Below, piece after piece: positions 21,552 to 32,818 of a DNA stretch of 62,679 nucleotides (within the stretch, counting starts at the first letter, position 1; each line of letters starts with the position of its first letter). The DNA lies in assembly GCA_041556195.1 (NCBI GenBank), contig JBFFIY010000005.1:1-62679 (forward strand), read 5' to 3'. The DNA is from Enterobacterales bacterium (GTDB lineage Bacteria; Pseudomonadota; Gammaproteobacteria; Enterobacterales; GCA-002770795). Made by a program: the position numbers and the translations under genes. The notes under the pieces are model-generated. The model did no database searches, had not been told where the DNA came from, and saw nothing but the letters and a program-made list of their open reading frames with translations.

Positions 21552-22076
21552 TTATTCATCCTTAAATTGTTTGATTTCAGAGGTTATTTTTTGACTCAAA
21601 GCATTAGGAATAGGGAAAGATAAATTGTATTGAGCTATCTTCCATTGTCCATCAATTAATTCCAGCACACCCGATCCTCTACATTGCCCATATTTATCAT
21701 TATGTAGACTCTCGACAAACCAGACTGTATCCTGCCTGGAAGAGAAGTGTATTTCTCGTTTAAGCGGTTCGTATTCCCACCCCTTACCCTGATTAAAATA
21801 AGGCATGGCATATTGCTTAAAAGCCTCTACATTCCAGATCTCATCGGGATCGGTTCCAATAAACTGTCCATCTTGAGCAAACAAAGAAAAATAAAGTTTT
21901 CCATTAGCATTTTTAGCGGCTAAATGAAATTGATCTAATAGATCAGCAACCTGCTGTTTTAACAGTGCGTTATTTATTTCTTCAACTGGTTCCAGATCTG
22001 CAGCTTTGCTCGCCCCTGTTGAAGCAGATAATAAGGAAATTATTAATAATACATAAATAACAGGAGTTTTAAGCAT
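21552..22076 (-). CDS. Secreted NTF2/SnoaL-like fold protein
   Basis: 174 aa with a signal peptide. Its start ATG overlaps the ggt stop (TAATG). Confidence 0.65.
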   Translation of the reverse strand: MLKTPVIYVLLIISLLSASTGASKAADLEPVEEINNALLKQQVADLLDQFHLAAKNANGKLYFSLFAQDGQFIGTDPDEIWNVEAFKQYAMPYFNQGKGWEYEPLKREIHFSSRQDTVWFVESLHNDKYGQCRGSGVLELIDGQWKIAQYNLSFPIPNALSQKITSEIKQFKDE

Positions 22077-23863
22077 TAGTGTTTTTCTGCATCATCTATT
22101 TTTTTTGCGGCAATAGCCGCCCCTCCAGAACGTCTGTTATCACTTGAACCAAACTGAAACTGGCCATCAACAGAAATTGATTGGGTGCTACCCAAGGTTC
22201 TACCAGCCTTAATTTTATATCCCATCTCAGTCAATTTATCGATAGTATCACTACTGATCCCCGGTTCCATATAGATCTGATCTGGAAACCACTGATGATG
22301 AAATCTCGGCCAGGCAGTTGCAGCAGCGATATTCATCTTAAAATCTAACATATTGACAATGGTTTCCAGTACCACTGTAATTATAGTACTTCCACCTGGT
22401 GAGCCTGTGGCCAAAAATGGTTTGCCATCTTTAAAAACCAATGTGGGAGTCATTGAACTAAGAGGACGTTTTCCTGGTTTAATGGCATTAGCATCTCCTC
22501 CTAATAACCCATAAGCATTTGGCACACCGGGTTTAGCAGAAAAGTCATCCATTTCATTATTCAGCATCACACCGGTATCTTCAATCATATGTCCATTACC
22601 GTAACTGAAATTCAGAGTATAGGTATTACTGACCATATTACCTTCAGTATCAACTACTGAGAATTGAGTCGTTTGCGGGCTTTCATAAGGCATGGGATTT
22701 CCAGGTTTAACATCACTCGATTTCCTTGCGTGATTTTTGGGAATTTTTTCAACAAGCTGTTTGGCATAAACCTTACTTGTCAAGCCTTTAACTGGCACTT
22801 TGAAAAAGTCTGGATCGCCAAGATATTCACTTCTATCAGCATAGGCTGAACGCATAGCTTCGACCATAACCTGAATAGTTTTGGCTCTGTTAGGCCCCCA
22901 TTCACTCAGAGGATAGTTTTCTAACATGTTCAACATTTGAATGAGGTGGACACCACCAGAACTTGGTGGTGGCATGGTGGCAATTTGATAACCTCGATAA
23001 TCACCCAACAAAACCTCTCTTTCTAAAGCTTTATAATTTTTCAAGTCATCCATTGAGATCAAACCACCATGTTCAGCTATACCAGCAACCAATTTCTGAG
23101 CGATATCGCCCTGATAAAACCCTGCGCTTCCTTTCTTTGCAATTATACTCAGTGTTTTGGCCAGGGCTGGACGTTTCATGATTTCCCCTGCCTGATAATT
23201 TTCTTTGTTCGTTTTAAAAAGTACTTTTGTGGTGACCTCACATCTTTGTAATCGTTCAGCTCTCGAACGGATAGAATTTGATAACGCCCAGGAAACTGGA
23301 AAACCTTCTCTGGCTATTTTAATGGCTGGTTTTAAAACTTGCTGAAGAGATAATTTCCCATATTTTTGTTGTGCATAAACAAGTCCAGCGACTGTTCCAG
23401 GAACGGCCGTCCCTTTAGCTGTATTACGTATAGCATGTTTATTAACAGTTCCATCCTGATTAAGGTACATATCTGTACTTGCTTTTGCTGGCGCAGTTTC
23501 TCGATAATCCAAAGCAATATTTTTTTTGTTGTTAGCTAAATGAATTAACATAAACCCCCCACCAGCAATGTTTCCAGCTTTTGGCAATGTCACTGCCAAA
23601 GCAAAACCTGTAGCAACCGCAGCATCAACCGCATTACCTCCCTGAGAAAGAATATCAGCACCAATTTGACTGGCCAGTTCATCCTCAGAGACCACCATGC
23701 CATGTTGTGCATTGATTGGATGAAATGGCCATTTATAGTCAATGATAGGTGTTGCAGCACTTAAACTGGTACTGATACTAAGACCTGCTATGCCTACACT
23801 AAGACTTAAAAAACAAGCTGAAGATATAATGCCGAATAATCTGGTTAATTTAAATTTGTACAT
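22076..23863 (-). CDS. ggt: Gamma-glutamyltransferase
   Basis: 595 aa with a signal peptide. The autoprocessing-site context is PQTTQFSVVD and the C-terminal motif is GSPGGSTII. Confidence 0.95.
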   Translation of the reverse strand: MYKFKLTRLFGIISSACFLSLSVGIAGLSISTSLSAATPIIDYKWPFHPINAQHGMVVSEDELASQIGADILSQGGNAVDAAVATGFALAVTLPKAGNIAGGGFMLIHLANNKKNIALDYRETAPAKASTDMYLNQDGTVNKHAIRNTAKGTAVPGTVAGLVYAQQKYGKLSLQQVLKPAIKIAREGFPVSWALSNSIRSRAERLQRCEVTTKVLFKTNKENYQAGEIMKRPALAKTLSIIAKKGSAGFYQGDIAQKLVAGIAEHGGLISMDDLKNYKALEREVLLGDYRGYQIATMPPPSSGGVHLIQMLNMLENYPLSEWGPNRAKTIQVMVEAMRSAYADRSEYLGDPDFFKVPVKGLTSKVYAKQLVEKIPKNHARKSSDVKPGNPMPYESPQTTQFSVVDTEGNMVSNTYTLNFSYGNGHMIEDTGVMLNNEMDDFSAKPGVPNAYGLLGGDANAIKPGKRPLSSMTPTLVFKDGKPFLATGSPGGSTIITVVLETIVNMLDFKMNIAAATAWPRFHHQWFPDQIYMEPGISSDTIDKLTEMGYKIKAGRTLGSTQSISVDGQFQFGSSDNRRSGGAAIAAKKIDDAEKH

Positions 23864-23923
23864 TCTTTAATTTCCAATTTAATTTTTGAATTTAATATTT
23901 TGTCTTAAGAGTCAAAAAGCTTA

Positions 23924-26900
23924 TCATTTATCGAGTGTAAATGACGAACTCAATTTCACCTGTTCACTTTTAATAAAATCAAGCATATTATATCGAGCCT
24001 CCCTGATATTGAACTGGTTTACCCATCTATTGGCAGAACGAATAACAACCCAACCACTACCTGAATATTGTTCTATTAATTTTAAACCTACAGATGAAAA
24101 TTCTAACAATTTATTCCAATCAAATTCCAGAGGATTACCTGAAACAAAAGGAAATTCAGTCGCAGCCAACGAACAAGAGATAGAGAATTGTTCCTGCTTA
24201 GAAGGCCCATAATCTTTTTCAGATAGTAATTTGGTTAATCTTTCACATAAAACGTCTATATCTGCTGATTTATTACACTGAGCTAGAATAAGAAAATTAT
24301 CATCATCCCACCTTGCCAGTTCATCAGGGCTAACACCTGATTTTTTGAGAACTTTAGCAACTTGTCTGCTAACTGAACTGACAAGGTACTGTCCACCATC
24401 TTGTCTTAACTTGTCAATTTCATCAATTTTCACAAAAATAAAAGCCAGCTTTGGAAGGTGTGAATCGTCAAATGATGATTTTTCTCCAGTATCAACCAGA
24501 TAATTAGTTAATAACTGGCGAATGATTTTCTCAATTGAAAGTGTGACAAATTCTTTTGTATGCAATCCTGTCTGCCCATCCAGTAGATGAAGCTGACCAA
24601 ATTGTTTTTTAAATTCAGAAAATTCTTTATGTGATAAATCTATATGTTGTATTAATTTTGAGTTTTCCTGTTTTTTGAACTCTATTTTTTTTTGTAATTC
24701 TATAATTTGTGTTTTTTTTGTTTCCCGGGAATTTAACAAATGCAATTTCTCATGTTTCCACACTTGTTTTTTTCTATTCAAATAGAGCACTAATAAAAGA
24801 ACCATAAAAACCATAACTGAGCTGAACAAATAATCCATCCATTTGATTTGTCTGGTTATTTTGATTGTGATCTTTTTAGAATTTTTTATTTTCGGAGAAA
24901 TTAAGCTTTTTGATTCAATTTCAATTAGATATTCACCTGCTGGCAAATCATTTATTGTAAAAATATTTCCTTCGCTCCACTCATACCACTGCTCTGACAT
25001 TTCAGGAACTCTAATCCTTGTCAAGGTTGATTTCCCCTGAGCCAGGTCAAGCACATCAAACTTCATTCTAACCAGATGGGTGTTACCAGGAATGGTGTAA
25101 CTATCATTATCAGACGGAATCAAGCTCAGTCTTTTTCCATCAGCCCATAATCCGGAAAGCTCTATAAAAGGCGTAAATTCGGCAAAAGAAAAATTATTTG
25201 CTCTAAAACGATGAAAGCCATTTACCCCCCCAAGATATAAGTATCCATTACTACCTGACAAGGATGATCCCGGGTTAAACTCTTGTAAGTGTAACCCCAT
25301 GTTTTTTGACAAAGCCAAAACTTCTTCAGTTGCAGGATTAAATCTTATCAATCCCTGATTTCCACCCATCCAGATTTGCCCTTTTTTATCACTAACAAGT
25401 GCATAAACAGGTTTATTCTTAAGTTGTTTAACATGATTATACTGTTTAACAACCCACTTGCCATTTATCCGAGAAACTCGATTAAGCCCGGAGGCGGTAC
25501 CCACCCATAAATTTCCAGAAGAGTCTTCTGACAATGCATTGACATCATCATTTGTTAATGCATTGTCTTCTGAATGAGTCGTTAGACTTTCCAATTTATT
25601 TGTTTGCTCATTCACCCCGACTAAACCCGCATCACCACCTATCCATAATGTACCATCCAGGGTTTGAGAAATAGCTGAAACTCGGGCAGAAACATTTCTC
25701 ATTTTTTGAGGTGTAAATTCTGGTTTGGTGATAAGTCTATTCGTTTGTGTATCAAACAACTCAACACCCGCATGGGTTGCAAGCCAAAGCCTTCCCATTC
25801 GGTCCTGGTAAAGATCATAAATATAATCACGAGAAGATTGTAATGAAAACTCACTATGTTTTTGTGAATTTCTAGAAAAGTGTTGAATTTTTCCTTTATC
25901 ATTTAATCGATAAAGCCCTTTACCTCCAGTTGCTATCCAAACCTGTTGCAATTGATCCACATACACATCTTCGACAATATCAGTCGCTATCTTAATAGGT
26001 GTATCAATTGAAATCTGCTCAATGATTTTTCCATTTTTTGATAATTTAAACACGCCATTCCCGCGAGTAGACACCCAAATATTATTTTGATTATCTTCAC
26101 TTATTCCAGTGACATCAGCAGGTGTAAAGTTTTCAAATTTTAACTGAGCTATTTGCACCTGATTAAGCCAATGTTGAATATTTTGTGACTGAGGATGGCG
26201 TACACTAAGACCGGCTCCAAAAGAACCAATCCATAATAATTTCTGTTGGTCGACAAAAAGATTCCTTAATCTATTGGAGGGTAATGCAGTTTTTGATAGA
26301 GGCTGAGCACGATAATTCGTCCAATCCCCCCTGGTAACTGAAAAAAACCATAACCCTGAATTACTACTTAACCAAAAACCACCTGCTGAATAAACCATGT
26401 CATAAACATTTGTTACAACATTATGTGCAGGTGATGGTATTTTTATTAAATCCCTGGTTTCACTGTTAAAACGCCACAAGCCATCTAAACGATACAGCCA
26501 CAAAACTCCATCAATAAATTCAATATTTACTACTTCTTCTTCAATCCAGTTTTGAGCATTGTCATGAGTAAATAATTGAGGTTTATTTTCTAAAATATTT
26601 AGAGAATAAAGACCACGTAAAGTAGCGATCCATAACTTATTCTGATTATCTATTGCCAGATCGTTGATGTGTCCAAAAGGTGATGGTTCTAATTTTATTC
26701 GAACGGCTTTTTTATCAGGTTCTTTGCGCCATAACCCTTTATGGGTGGCAATCCATAAAACACCATTTTTATCTTGTATAAATTTTGTGGCAAGTTTAAA
26801 GTTTTCTGCAGGTTGGTTTTCTTCTAAAACGATTGGATTAAATTGCATTTTAGTATCAAAGTAGCCTAATCCAGCTATGGTACTTACCCAGACATTACCT

Positions 26901-27244
26901 GACGAATCCGTAAACAATGATGTAATATAATTATCCTGTATAGAGTGTTTCTCCGTTTCACTATCATTTTTTTCCTTTTCGCTATAAAAGTGTGTGAAGT
27001 TCACACCATTATATTTATTCAATCCAAACTGGGTGCCAACCCATAAATATCCCTTCTGATCTTGAGTGATAGCAGTCACAACACTGTGGGAAAGTCCTTG
27101 CTCATACCCCAGACGTTTTACATTCAGATTGCTGTTTACGCTCGCAATCTGAACGTTTGCTGAACATAAAGGAATACAAAAGCCGTTAATGGTCACAATT
27201 AACAGGTAGAATAAGCTTTTTAGACTGTAAATTTTTATCTTCAA
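23924..27244 (-). CDS. Periplasmic beta-propeller (two-component-regulator-propeller/Y_Y_Y) sensor with a cytoplasmic degenerate GGDEF-like domain
   Basis: 1106 aa with many GLxxF/WIGT propeller repeats, one TM (FSSVMVFMVLLLVLYL) and a coiled coil. A GGDEF-fold domain follows in which RxGGDEF is replaced by RWDDDNF. TTG start. Confidence 0.8.
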   Translation of the reverse strand: MKIKIYSLKSLFYLLIVTINGFCIPLCSANVQIASVNSNLNVKRLGYEQGLSHSVVTAITQDQKGYLWVGTQFGLNKYNGVNFTHFYSEKEKNDSETEKHSIQDNYITSLFTDSSGNVWVSTIAGLGYFDTKMQFNPIVLEENQPAENFKLATKFIQDKNGVLWIATHKGLWRKEPDKKAVRIKLEPSPFGHINDLAIDNQNKLWIATLRGLYSLNILENKPQLFTHDNAQNWIEEEVVNIEFIDGVLWLYRLDGLWRFNSETRDLIKIPSPAHNVVTNVYDMVYSAGGFWLSSNSGLWFFSVTRGDWTNYRAQPLSKTALPSNRLRNLFVDQQKLLWIGSFGAGLSVRHPQSQNIQHWLNQVQIAQLKFENFTPADVTGISEDNQNNIWVSTRGNGVFKLSKNGKIIEQISIDTPIKIATDIVEDVYVDQLQQVWIATGGKGLYRLNDKGKIQHFSRNSQKHSEFSLQSSRDYIYDLYQDRMGRLWLATHAGVELFDTQTNRLITKPEFTPQKMRNVSARVSAISQTLDGTLWIGGDAGLVGVNEQTNKLESLTTHSEDNALTNDDVNALSEDSSGNLWVGTASGLNRVSRINGKWVVKQYNHVKQLKNKPVYALVSDKKGQIWMGGNQGLIRFNPATEEVLALSKNMGLHLQEFNPGSSLSGSNGYLYLGGVNGFHRFRANNFSFAEFTPFIELSGLWADGKRLSLIPSDNDSYTIPGNTHLVRMKFDVLDLAQGKSTLTRIRVPEMSEQWYEWSEGNIFTINDLPAGEYLIEIESKSLISPKIKNSKKITIKITRQIKWMDYLFSSVMVFMVLLLVLYLNRKKQVWKHEKLHLLNSRETKKTQIIELQKKIEFKKQENSKLIQHIDLSHKEFSEFKKQFGQLHLLDGQTGLHTKEFVTLSIEKIIRQLLTNYLVDTGEKSSFDDSHLPKLAFIFVKIDEIDKLRQDGGQYLVSSVSRQVAKVLKKSGVSPDELARWDDDNFLILAQCNKSADIDVLCERLTKLLSEKDYGPSKQEQFSISCSLAATEFPFVSGNPLEFDWNKLLEFSSVGLKLIEQYSGSGWVVIRSANRWVNQFNIREARYNMLDFIKSEQVKLSSSFTLDK

Positions 27245-27398
27245 AAAACAGGTGTTCCCTTTTACCCGAGGATCCGCCCTAGGATTCTATATTTAATTTG
27301 GATTAATCATAACCAATAAATCACATAAAATCAGTTAAAAGCGATCAATGATGACCACTTTTTAGATGAGGTCGCTTGAAAATCGTTTAAGTTGGAAT

Positions 27399-27959
27399 CT
27401 AAGTTGGATGTTTGATTCTTACTGGGGTAGTTTTTTCTGGACATATGCCAATCTTATCTTTGTAGAATAGAGCCAATTTATCCATATCTTTGTCAATATC
27501 ACCGGTCAATTCAACAACAGGCCCAAGCCCTATTGTTCTGCTTGGAGCATCAATATAGACAAGAAGTAATGGAACTTGAGCTTTGATAGCAATATGATAA
27601 AACCCTGAACGCCAGTAATCCTTTAATGAACGGGTGCCTTCTGGTGAAAGTGCTAACCACATTCTGTTGGTCTTTGAAAAGGAATTTACAGCTTGGCTAA
27701 CAATATTTTCTTTGGTGTTCCTTTTTACAGGTATACCGCCAAAGAAACGAAAAAACCAAGCTGAATACCAGTTGAATAAGCTAGCTTTACCGAAATATGA
27801 AAGTTTTAAGTCCATGGCAACTTTGGTCAAAATGCCTAGAACAAAATCCCAATTAGATGTATGCGGGGCAACAATAACGATACATTTATCTAATTCAGGT
27901 ACCTCTCCCTGGCAATTCCACCCCAATAATTTTAATATCCAATATGCCAGTTTACTCAT
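27399..27959 (-). CDS. Lysophospholipid (1-acyl-sn-glycerol-3-phosphate) acyltransferase family protein
   Basis: 186 aa with the HX4D motif (HTSNWD) and a downstream SPEGTRS motif. Confidence 0.8.
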   Translation of the reverse strand: MSKLAYWILKLLGWNCQGEVPELDKCIVIVAPHTSNWDFVLGILTKVAMDLKLSYFGKASLFNWYSAWFFRFFGGIPVKRNTKENIVSQAVNSFSKTNRMWLALSPEGTRSLKDYWRSGFYHIAIKAQVPLLLVYIDAPSRTIGLGPVVELTGDIDKDMDKLALFYKDKIGICPEKTTPVRIKHPT

Positions 27960-28025
27960 TAAGTCCCCGTGGGTTTTCAGGTTTAGGTTCTATATATTCA
28001 GAGGTTCATCTTTTACAACTACTCA

Positions 28026-28166
28026 GCAAGTTATCAAATTGATCTGGATCTGTTCAGGTTGCCCCTAAAATTTGTCAGTTCAAGACAAAAAATGTGATTA
28101 TACTCGATTATTTGACCATTTTTGAACGCAGAAATGGCATATTTTAGGGGTAAGCTGAATAGATAC
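28026..28166. repeat. Family-A structured intergenic repeat, copy 2
   Basis: Aligns end to end with 1-141. The stem is cccctaaaat / attttagggg. The GCTGAATAGATAC end lies 2 nt from the purF stop. Confidence 0.85.
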
Positions 28167-28168
28167 AC

Positions 28169-29689
28169 CTATTCAGTGTTATATAAATCAAGCCCTTCCG
28201 CAGGCTCAGTAGAAGCTTGTAATTTTTGTTTTTTAGAATCATCGTTCCTCAAAGCTTCTATGGAATCAAGATAAGCTTGATCAATATCTCCTGTAATGTA
28301 GTCACCATCAAAAACACTGGTATCAAATCGAGTAATATTCTGATTACCTTCAGTGGCGGTTTCTATCAAATCTTTCAAATCCTGATAGATAAGTCCATCT
28401 GAACCAATAGCTTCAGCTATCTCTGGTATATCTCTGCCATGTGCAATCAATTCAGAAGCTGAAGGCATATCTATGCCATAGACGTTAGGAAACCTTACAG
28501 GTGGTGCTGCACTAGCGAAATAAACTTTTTTTGCACCGGCTTGTCGTGCCATGGCTATAATTTGTTCGCTGGTCGTTCCTCGAACAATGGAGTCATCTAC
28601 TAATAATACATTTTTATCTTTAAATTCCAGATCAATAGCATTAAGTTTTTGTCTGACTGACTTACGTCGCATTTTTTGACCAGGCATGATAAAAGTTCGG
28701 CCAATATATCGATTTTTAACAAAGCCTTGCCGAAACTTAATACCTAATCGACTCGCTAGTTCAATTGCTGCAGTCGTGGAAGTGTCAGGTATAGGGATCA
28801 CCACATCAATATCATGTTCAGACCATTCTTTAAGTATTTTATCAGCTAATTTTTCTCCCATACGCATACGAGAACGGTAAACAGAAATATTATCCATAAA
28901 AGAATCAGGGCGTGCGAGATAAACGAACTCGAAAATACAGGGGGAATACACTGTATCCTCTACGCAACGTTTAGAATGAACGGTACCATCAAATTCAACA
29001 TAAATAGCCTCACCAGGCAACACATCTCTGATCAACTCAAAACCTAACGCATCAAGCCCTACACTCTCAGAGGCAAACATATACTCTACGCCCTTCTCTG
29101 TTTCACGTTTGCCAAATACAACAGGGCGAATACCAAATTTATCTCGCATACATAACATGCCATGACCATTTATTAATGCAATAGCGGCAAATGCACCTCT
29201 GCAACGATTATGTACCTGGATCACAGCATTAAAGACATCATCTTCAGTTAAGTGTTTATTGATACTCTGCTGAAGTTCATGAGCCAGAATATTAAGTAAG
29301 ACTTCAGAATCAGAATTGGTATTCAGGTGACGTTTATCTGCTTGAAACAGTTTTTTTTTCAAGTAGTTCGCATTGGTTAAATTTCCATTATGCGCTAAAA
29401 CGATACCGTATGGTGAATTAACATAGATGGGTTGGGCTTCAGCAGAGCTACTTGAACCTGCGGTTGGGTAACGAACATGGCCGATACCGCTATTTCCCTG
29501 AAGCCCTAACATATGGCGGGTTTTAAACACATCTCGCACTAAACCATTAGATTTGCGTAAATGAAGTCTGTCACCATCAAAGGTTACAATGCCTGCAGCA
29601 TCTTGCCCCCTATGTTGTAAAACCGTTAATGCATCGTATATTCGTTGATTGACTGCATCGTGCCCAACGATACCTACAATACCACACAT
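28169..29689 (-). CDS. purF: Amidophosphoribosyltransferase
   Basis: 506 aa. Has an N-terminal MCGIVGI Ntn-glutaminase and a PRPP-binding motif, [13 protein letters not shown]. Confidence 0.97.
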   Translation of the reverse strand: MCGIVGIVGHDAVNQRIYDALTVLQHRGQDAAGIVTFDGDRLHLRKSNGLVRDVFKTRHMLGLQGNSGIGHVRYPTAGSSSSAEAQPIYVNSPYGIVLAHNGNLTNANYLKKKLFQADKRHLNTNSDSEVLLNILAHELQQSINKHLTEDDVFNAVIQVHNRCRGAFAAIALINGHGMLCMRDKFGIRPVVFGKRETEKGVEYMFASESVGLDALGFELIRDVLPGEAIYVEFDGTVHSKRCVEDTVYSPCIFEFVYLARPDSFMDNISVYRSRMRMGEKLADKILKEWSEHDIDVVIPIPDTSTTAAIELASRLGIKFRQGFVKNRYIGRTFIMPGQKMRRKSVRQKLNAIDLEFKDKNVLLVDDSIVRGTTSEQIIAMARQAGAKKVYFASAAPPVRFPNVYGIDMPSASELIAHGRDIPEIAEAIGSDGLIYQDLKDLIETATEGNQNITRFDTSVFDGDYITGDIDQAYLDSIEALRNDDSKKQKLQASTEPAEGLDLYNTE

Positions 29690-29812
29690 AGATAAACCCT
29701 CAATTCAGTAACAATTTACAACGATATCCAGACCACCTTAAAACATTTATTCAGAATAAATACAATAATTCAGTGTTCAGGTAATGAGCCAATATATACA
29801 GGAGGCGGAATT

Positions 29813-30376
29813 CTAGTGTTTTAATGGATCAAACTCAACTACTTCTGCTTTTAAACCTTCAGATTTTTTTATCTGTTCCACAACCTGAATGGCTTGTTTT
29901 TCATACAGCATAGGCCCTACAAGCACTCGAATCATATTTCGTCCTGCTCTTTTAAATTTTTCTCGCCCAATATATGCCTTCAATCCCTGGCTTTTTAACT
30001 TACTCACCAATTTAGTGGCGTTAGCTTGCTCTGCAAAACTTGCAACCTGAACCACAAAGTTATTGGACTTAGTAATAAAAGACGTTGAATTTTTGGTGAT
30101 TAAAGATTTATCATCAACTACTTTGCTCTTACTTTCCGTTTTATTGGCTAAAAAGGAAGACTTCTCAGACTTGTTTGTAGGGTTTTGTACTTTAGCCTGT
30201 TCTTCAAGTGCAATAGCTAATTCCATTAATTCAGAGTTTTGCTCTGGTTCATTGATGAAATTTTCATCAAACTGTTGAGATTTTTTTCCATCAAAAATAA
30301 CAGGCAGAAACAGTACCGCTAATGCGATCAACACTATTGCACCTATCAACCTTTGCTTAAAACCTGATTGAGTCAA
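29813..30376 (-). CDS. dedD: SPOR-domain cell-division protein (DedD-like)
   Basis: 187 aa with an N-terminal TM and a C-terminal SPOR domain (FVVQVASFAEQANATKLVSKLK...). Sits in the conserved position between folC and purF. Confidence 0.75.
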   Translation of the reverse strand: MTQSGFKQRLIGAIVLIALAVLFLPVIFDGKKSQQFDENFINEPEQNSELMELAIALEEQAKVQNPTNKSEKSSFLANKTESKSKVVDDKSLITKNSTSFITKSNNFVVQVASFAEQANATKLVSKLKSQGLKAYIGREKFKRAGRNMIRVLVGPMLYEKQAIQVVEQIKKSEGLKAEVVEFDPLKH

Positions 30377-31722
30377 ATTTTTCTCCTACGTGCCAGGTAT
30401 TTTTCAGCAAGTTCAACTGTAATAAAAGAACCGAATACGACAATACTACCCCATCCATTGCCATCCTCCAAAGCACTATCTAACGCTTTTTCGATTGAAG
30501 GGTAGCAAGAAACCATCGTTCCCCTGGTCAGGAGCTGATTGAGTTCAGTTGAAGTGGCACCACGTGAAGAAGGTAAATCGGCCAAATACCAATCCACATG
30601 TAATTTGTCCAAAGGTGCTAAAATATTCGTTTTGATTTTATCCTTTAACATGCCACAAACCAGACGCACAGGTTGTTTTAACGTTAAAATTCTTTTCTGA
30701 AGCTCTTCGATGGCTTGTAAATTATGGGAAACATCGAGATAAACTTGCCCAAATTGTGGCATAGCTTGAAAGCGCCCCGGTAGGAAAAGTTGCTTTGATG
30801 CCTTCTCAACCATAGCTGAATCGATTTTAAAATTTAAGAACTGTTGACTGATAAAGCAGGCACTTGCCAAGTTATAAGGATGTACTGAAGTAGGACAGTC
30901 AAAAGTTAACTCTTCGTTATTCTGAGTGGTTCTACACAGGCAATATTTAAAAAGATTGGCTTTTGATGTTTTTTCGTGAGATTTAAGAGCTTGAATAGAA
31001 AAATGCTTCCCTATTTTGTATAAATTAGCCTTAAGTTCTTCAACCTGCTGGTATGCTTTGTCGGGAAAATCAAAGTCTCCAAATACGATAGGAGTATCTT
31101 TTCGGGCTATTGATACTTTTTCATAAGCAATCTCATCTATGGTTTCACCCAGCCAATCAGTATGATCCAATGAAATGGAGCTGATCAGGCAAGCATCAGG
31201 CTGGAGTATATTTGTCGCATCCAGGCGTCCGCCTAATCCCACTTCATAAAGAGAGATTTCAGGCTTAAAATAATCTTCAATCCACATCGCTGCCAGAGTA
31301 GTAAATTCAAAAAATGTCAGGGGCGTTTCTTCAAATTCTGCGGTTTTCTGATCCTGATTCAATTTAACTGAAAAAAATCTGGCATTTTCTACTGCATTGA
31401 ATGCTTTAATGAGTAACAAATCTTCAACAGGTTTCCCCATATATCGTATTCTTTCATTAAAGCTATGAATGTGAGGAGAGGTATAACTAAAAGTTGAGCA
31501 TTTTTGCAGTAGACTGAATTGTTCGAGGATAGCGATACTGGTGCCTTTTCCATTGCTTCCAGCAACCAAAATGACTTTTCCTGTTGCTGTTCCTTTAGTC
31601 GCAGGTAATGCTAAGCGAGTAGCCACTACTGACATTCTATCTAAACCCAGTTCAATAGTGGATGGATGTTGAGCTTCTATATAATCCGTCCATTGTGCAA
31701 GGCTGTTGCCAGAAAATCTCAT
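30373..31722 (-). CDS. folC: Bifunctional folylpolyglutamate synthase / dihydrofolate synthase
   Basis: 449 aa, Mur-ligase family. Has the P-loop VAGSNGKGTS and shows synteny with accD. Confidence 0.9.
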   Translation of the reverse strand: MRFSGNSLAQWTDYIEAQHPSTIELGLDRMSVVATRLALPATKGTATGKVILVAGSNGKGTSIAILEQFSLLQKCSTFSYTSPHIHSFNERIRYMGKPVEDLLLIKAFNAVENARFFSVKLNQDQKTAEFEETPLTFFEFTTLAAMWIEDYFKPEISLYEVGLGGRLDATNILQPDACLISSISLDHTDWLGETIDEIAYEKVSIARKDTPIVFGDFDFPDKAYQQVEELKANLYKIGKHFSIQALKSHEKTSKANLFKYCLCRTTQNNEELTFDCPTSVHPYNLASACFISQQFLNFKIDSAMVEKASKQLFLPGRFQAMPQFGQVYLDVSHNLQAIEELQKRILTLKQPVRLVCGMLKDKIKTNILAPLDKLHVDWYLADLPSSRGATSTELNQLLTRGTMVSCYPSIEKALDSALEDGNGWGSIVVFGSFITVELAEKYLARRRKI

Positions 31723-31781
31723 ATCTGCTTGTTGTCAGGTAATAATAGTTGGGTTAGGGTTAGTGTTAATTTTGTAACGTT

Positions 31782-32654
31782 TTAGGAGGCTTTCTCAATA
31801 CTGGGCAACCCTAACATTTTGGCAGTCAACCTTGAGATAGTTGTGCGCATATCCTTTCGCTCAACAATCATGTCTATGGCCCCTTTCTCTAGCAGAAATT
31901 CACTTCTCTGAAAGCCTTCTGGCAATGTTTCTCTCACTGTTTGCTCTATAACCCTTGGTCCCGCAAAGCCAATAAGAGCCTTGGGCTCTGCTATATTCAC
32001 ATCGCCAAGCATAGCCAAACTCGCAGAAACACCTCCCATAGTAGGATCAGTTAGAACTGAAATATAAGGAAGTCCAGCATCAGATAGTTTACCTAAAGCA
32101 GCTGAAGTTTTGGCCATCTGCATTAAAGAAAATAATGCCTCTTGCATACGAGCACCGCCACTGGCAGAAAAACAAACCAGAGGACATTTATCCTTTATAG
32201 CTTCATTAACTGACATGACAAATTTCTCGCCAACGACCGAAGCCATAGAACCGCCCATAAAACTAAACTCAAAGGCGCAAACCACCATAGGCACGTTTTC
32301 AACTATTCCTTTACCAGCAACCAATGCATCTTTTTCGCCCGTCGATTTTTGTGCTGCGCTGATCCGATCTTTATATTTTTTGGAATCTTTGAATTTGAGT
32401 TGATCAACAGGTTCTAATTCAGCACCAATTTCTGACCAGATTGCATCATCAAAAAAATGTTCTAATCGTTGCCTGGCAGCAATTCTCATGTGATGCCCAC
32501 ATTTACCACAAACAGATAAAGTACGACTTAATTCAGTTCGATAAAGCACTGATTGACATTCTGAGCATTTCACCCAGACACCTTCCGGCACTGATTTTTT
32601 ACGATTGGAGCCTGGTGTATTTCTTCCGGGTAATAAACGTTCTAACCAACTCAT
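31782..32654 (-). CDS. accD: Acetyl-CoA carboxylase carboxyltransferase beta subunit
   Basis: 290 aa with an N-terminal Cys4 zinc finger (CSECQSV...CGKCGHH) and a carboxyltransferase domain. Confidence 0.97.
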   Translation of the reverse strand: MSWLERLLPGRNTPGSNRKKSVPEGVWVKCSECQSVLYRTELSRTLSVCGKCGHHMRIAARQRLEHFFDDAIWSEIGAELEPVDQLKFKDSKKYKDRISAAQKSTGEKDALVAGKGIVENVPMVVCAFEFSFMGGSMASVVGEKFVMSVNEAIKDKCPLVCFSASGGARMQEALFSLMQMAKTSAALGKLSDAGLPYISVLTDPTMGGVSASLAMLGDVNIAEPKALIGFAGPRVIEQTVRETLPEGFQRSEFLLEKGAIDMIVERKDMRTTISRLTAKMLGLPSIEKAS

Positions 32655-32818
32655 AAACTCTGCTTACCTATTAAATTTAGCATCAAAAGTATTTTCTTTG
32701 TACCTACCTGCAATTTTGAAAGGATAACCTTTTTAAATCAAGTAATTAATCAGTGTTCATACCAGTAAATTACAAAAATTTAAAGATTTCTTCCACTCAA
32801 CTAAAATATATACCCGTT

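Noticed and set aside
29690-29812. Missing cvpA between dedD and purF relative to the E. coli order, read as a possible deletion scar
   Set aside because: The 123-bp gap shows no gene remnant. The absence is most simply a lineage difference in gene order and is not informative by itself.
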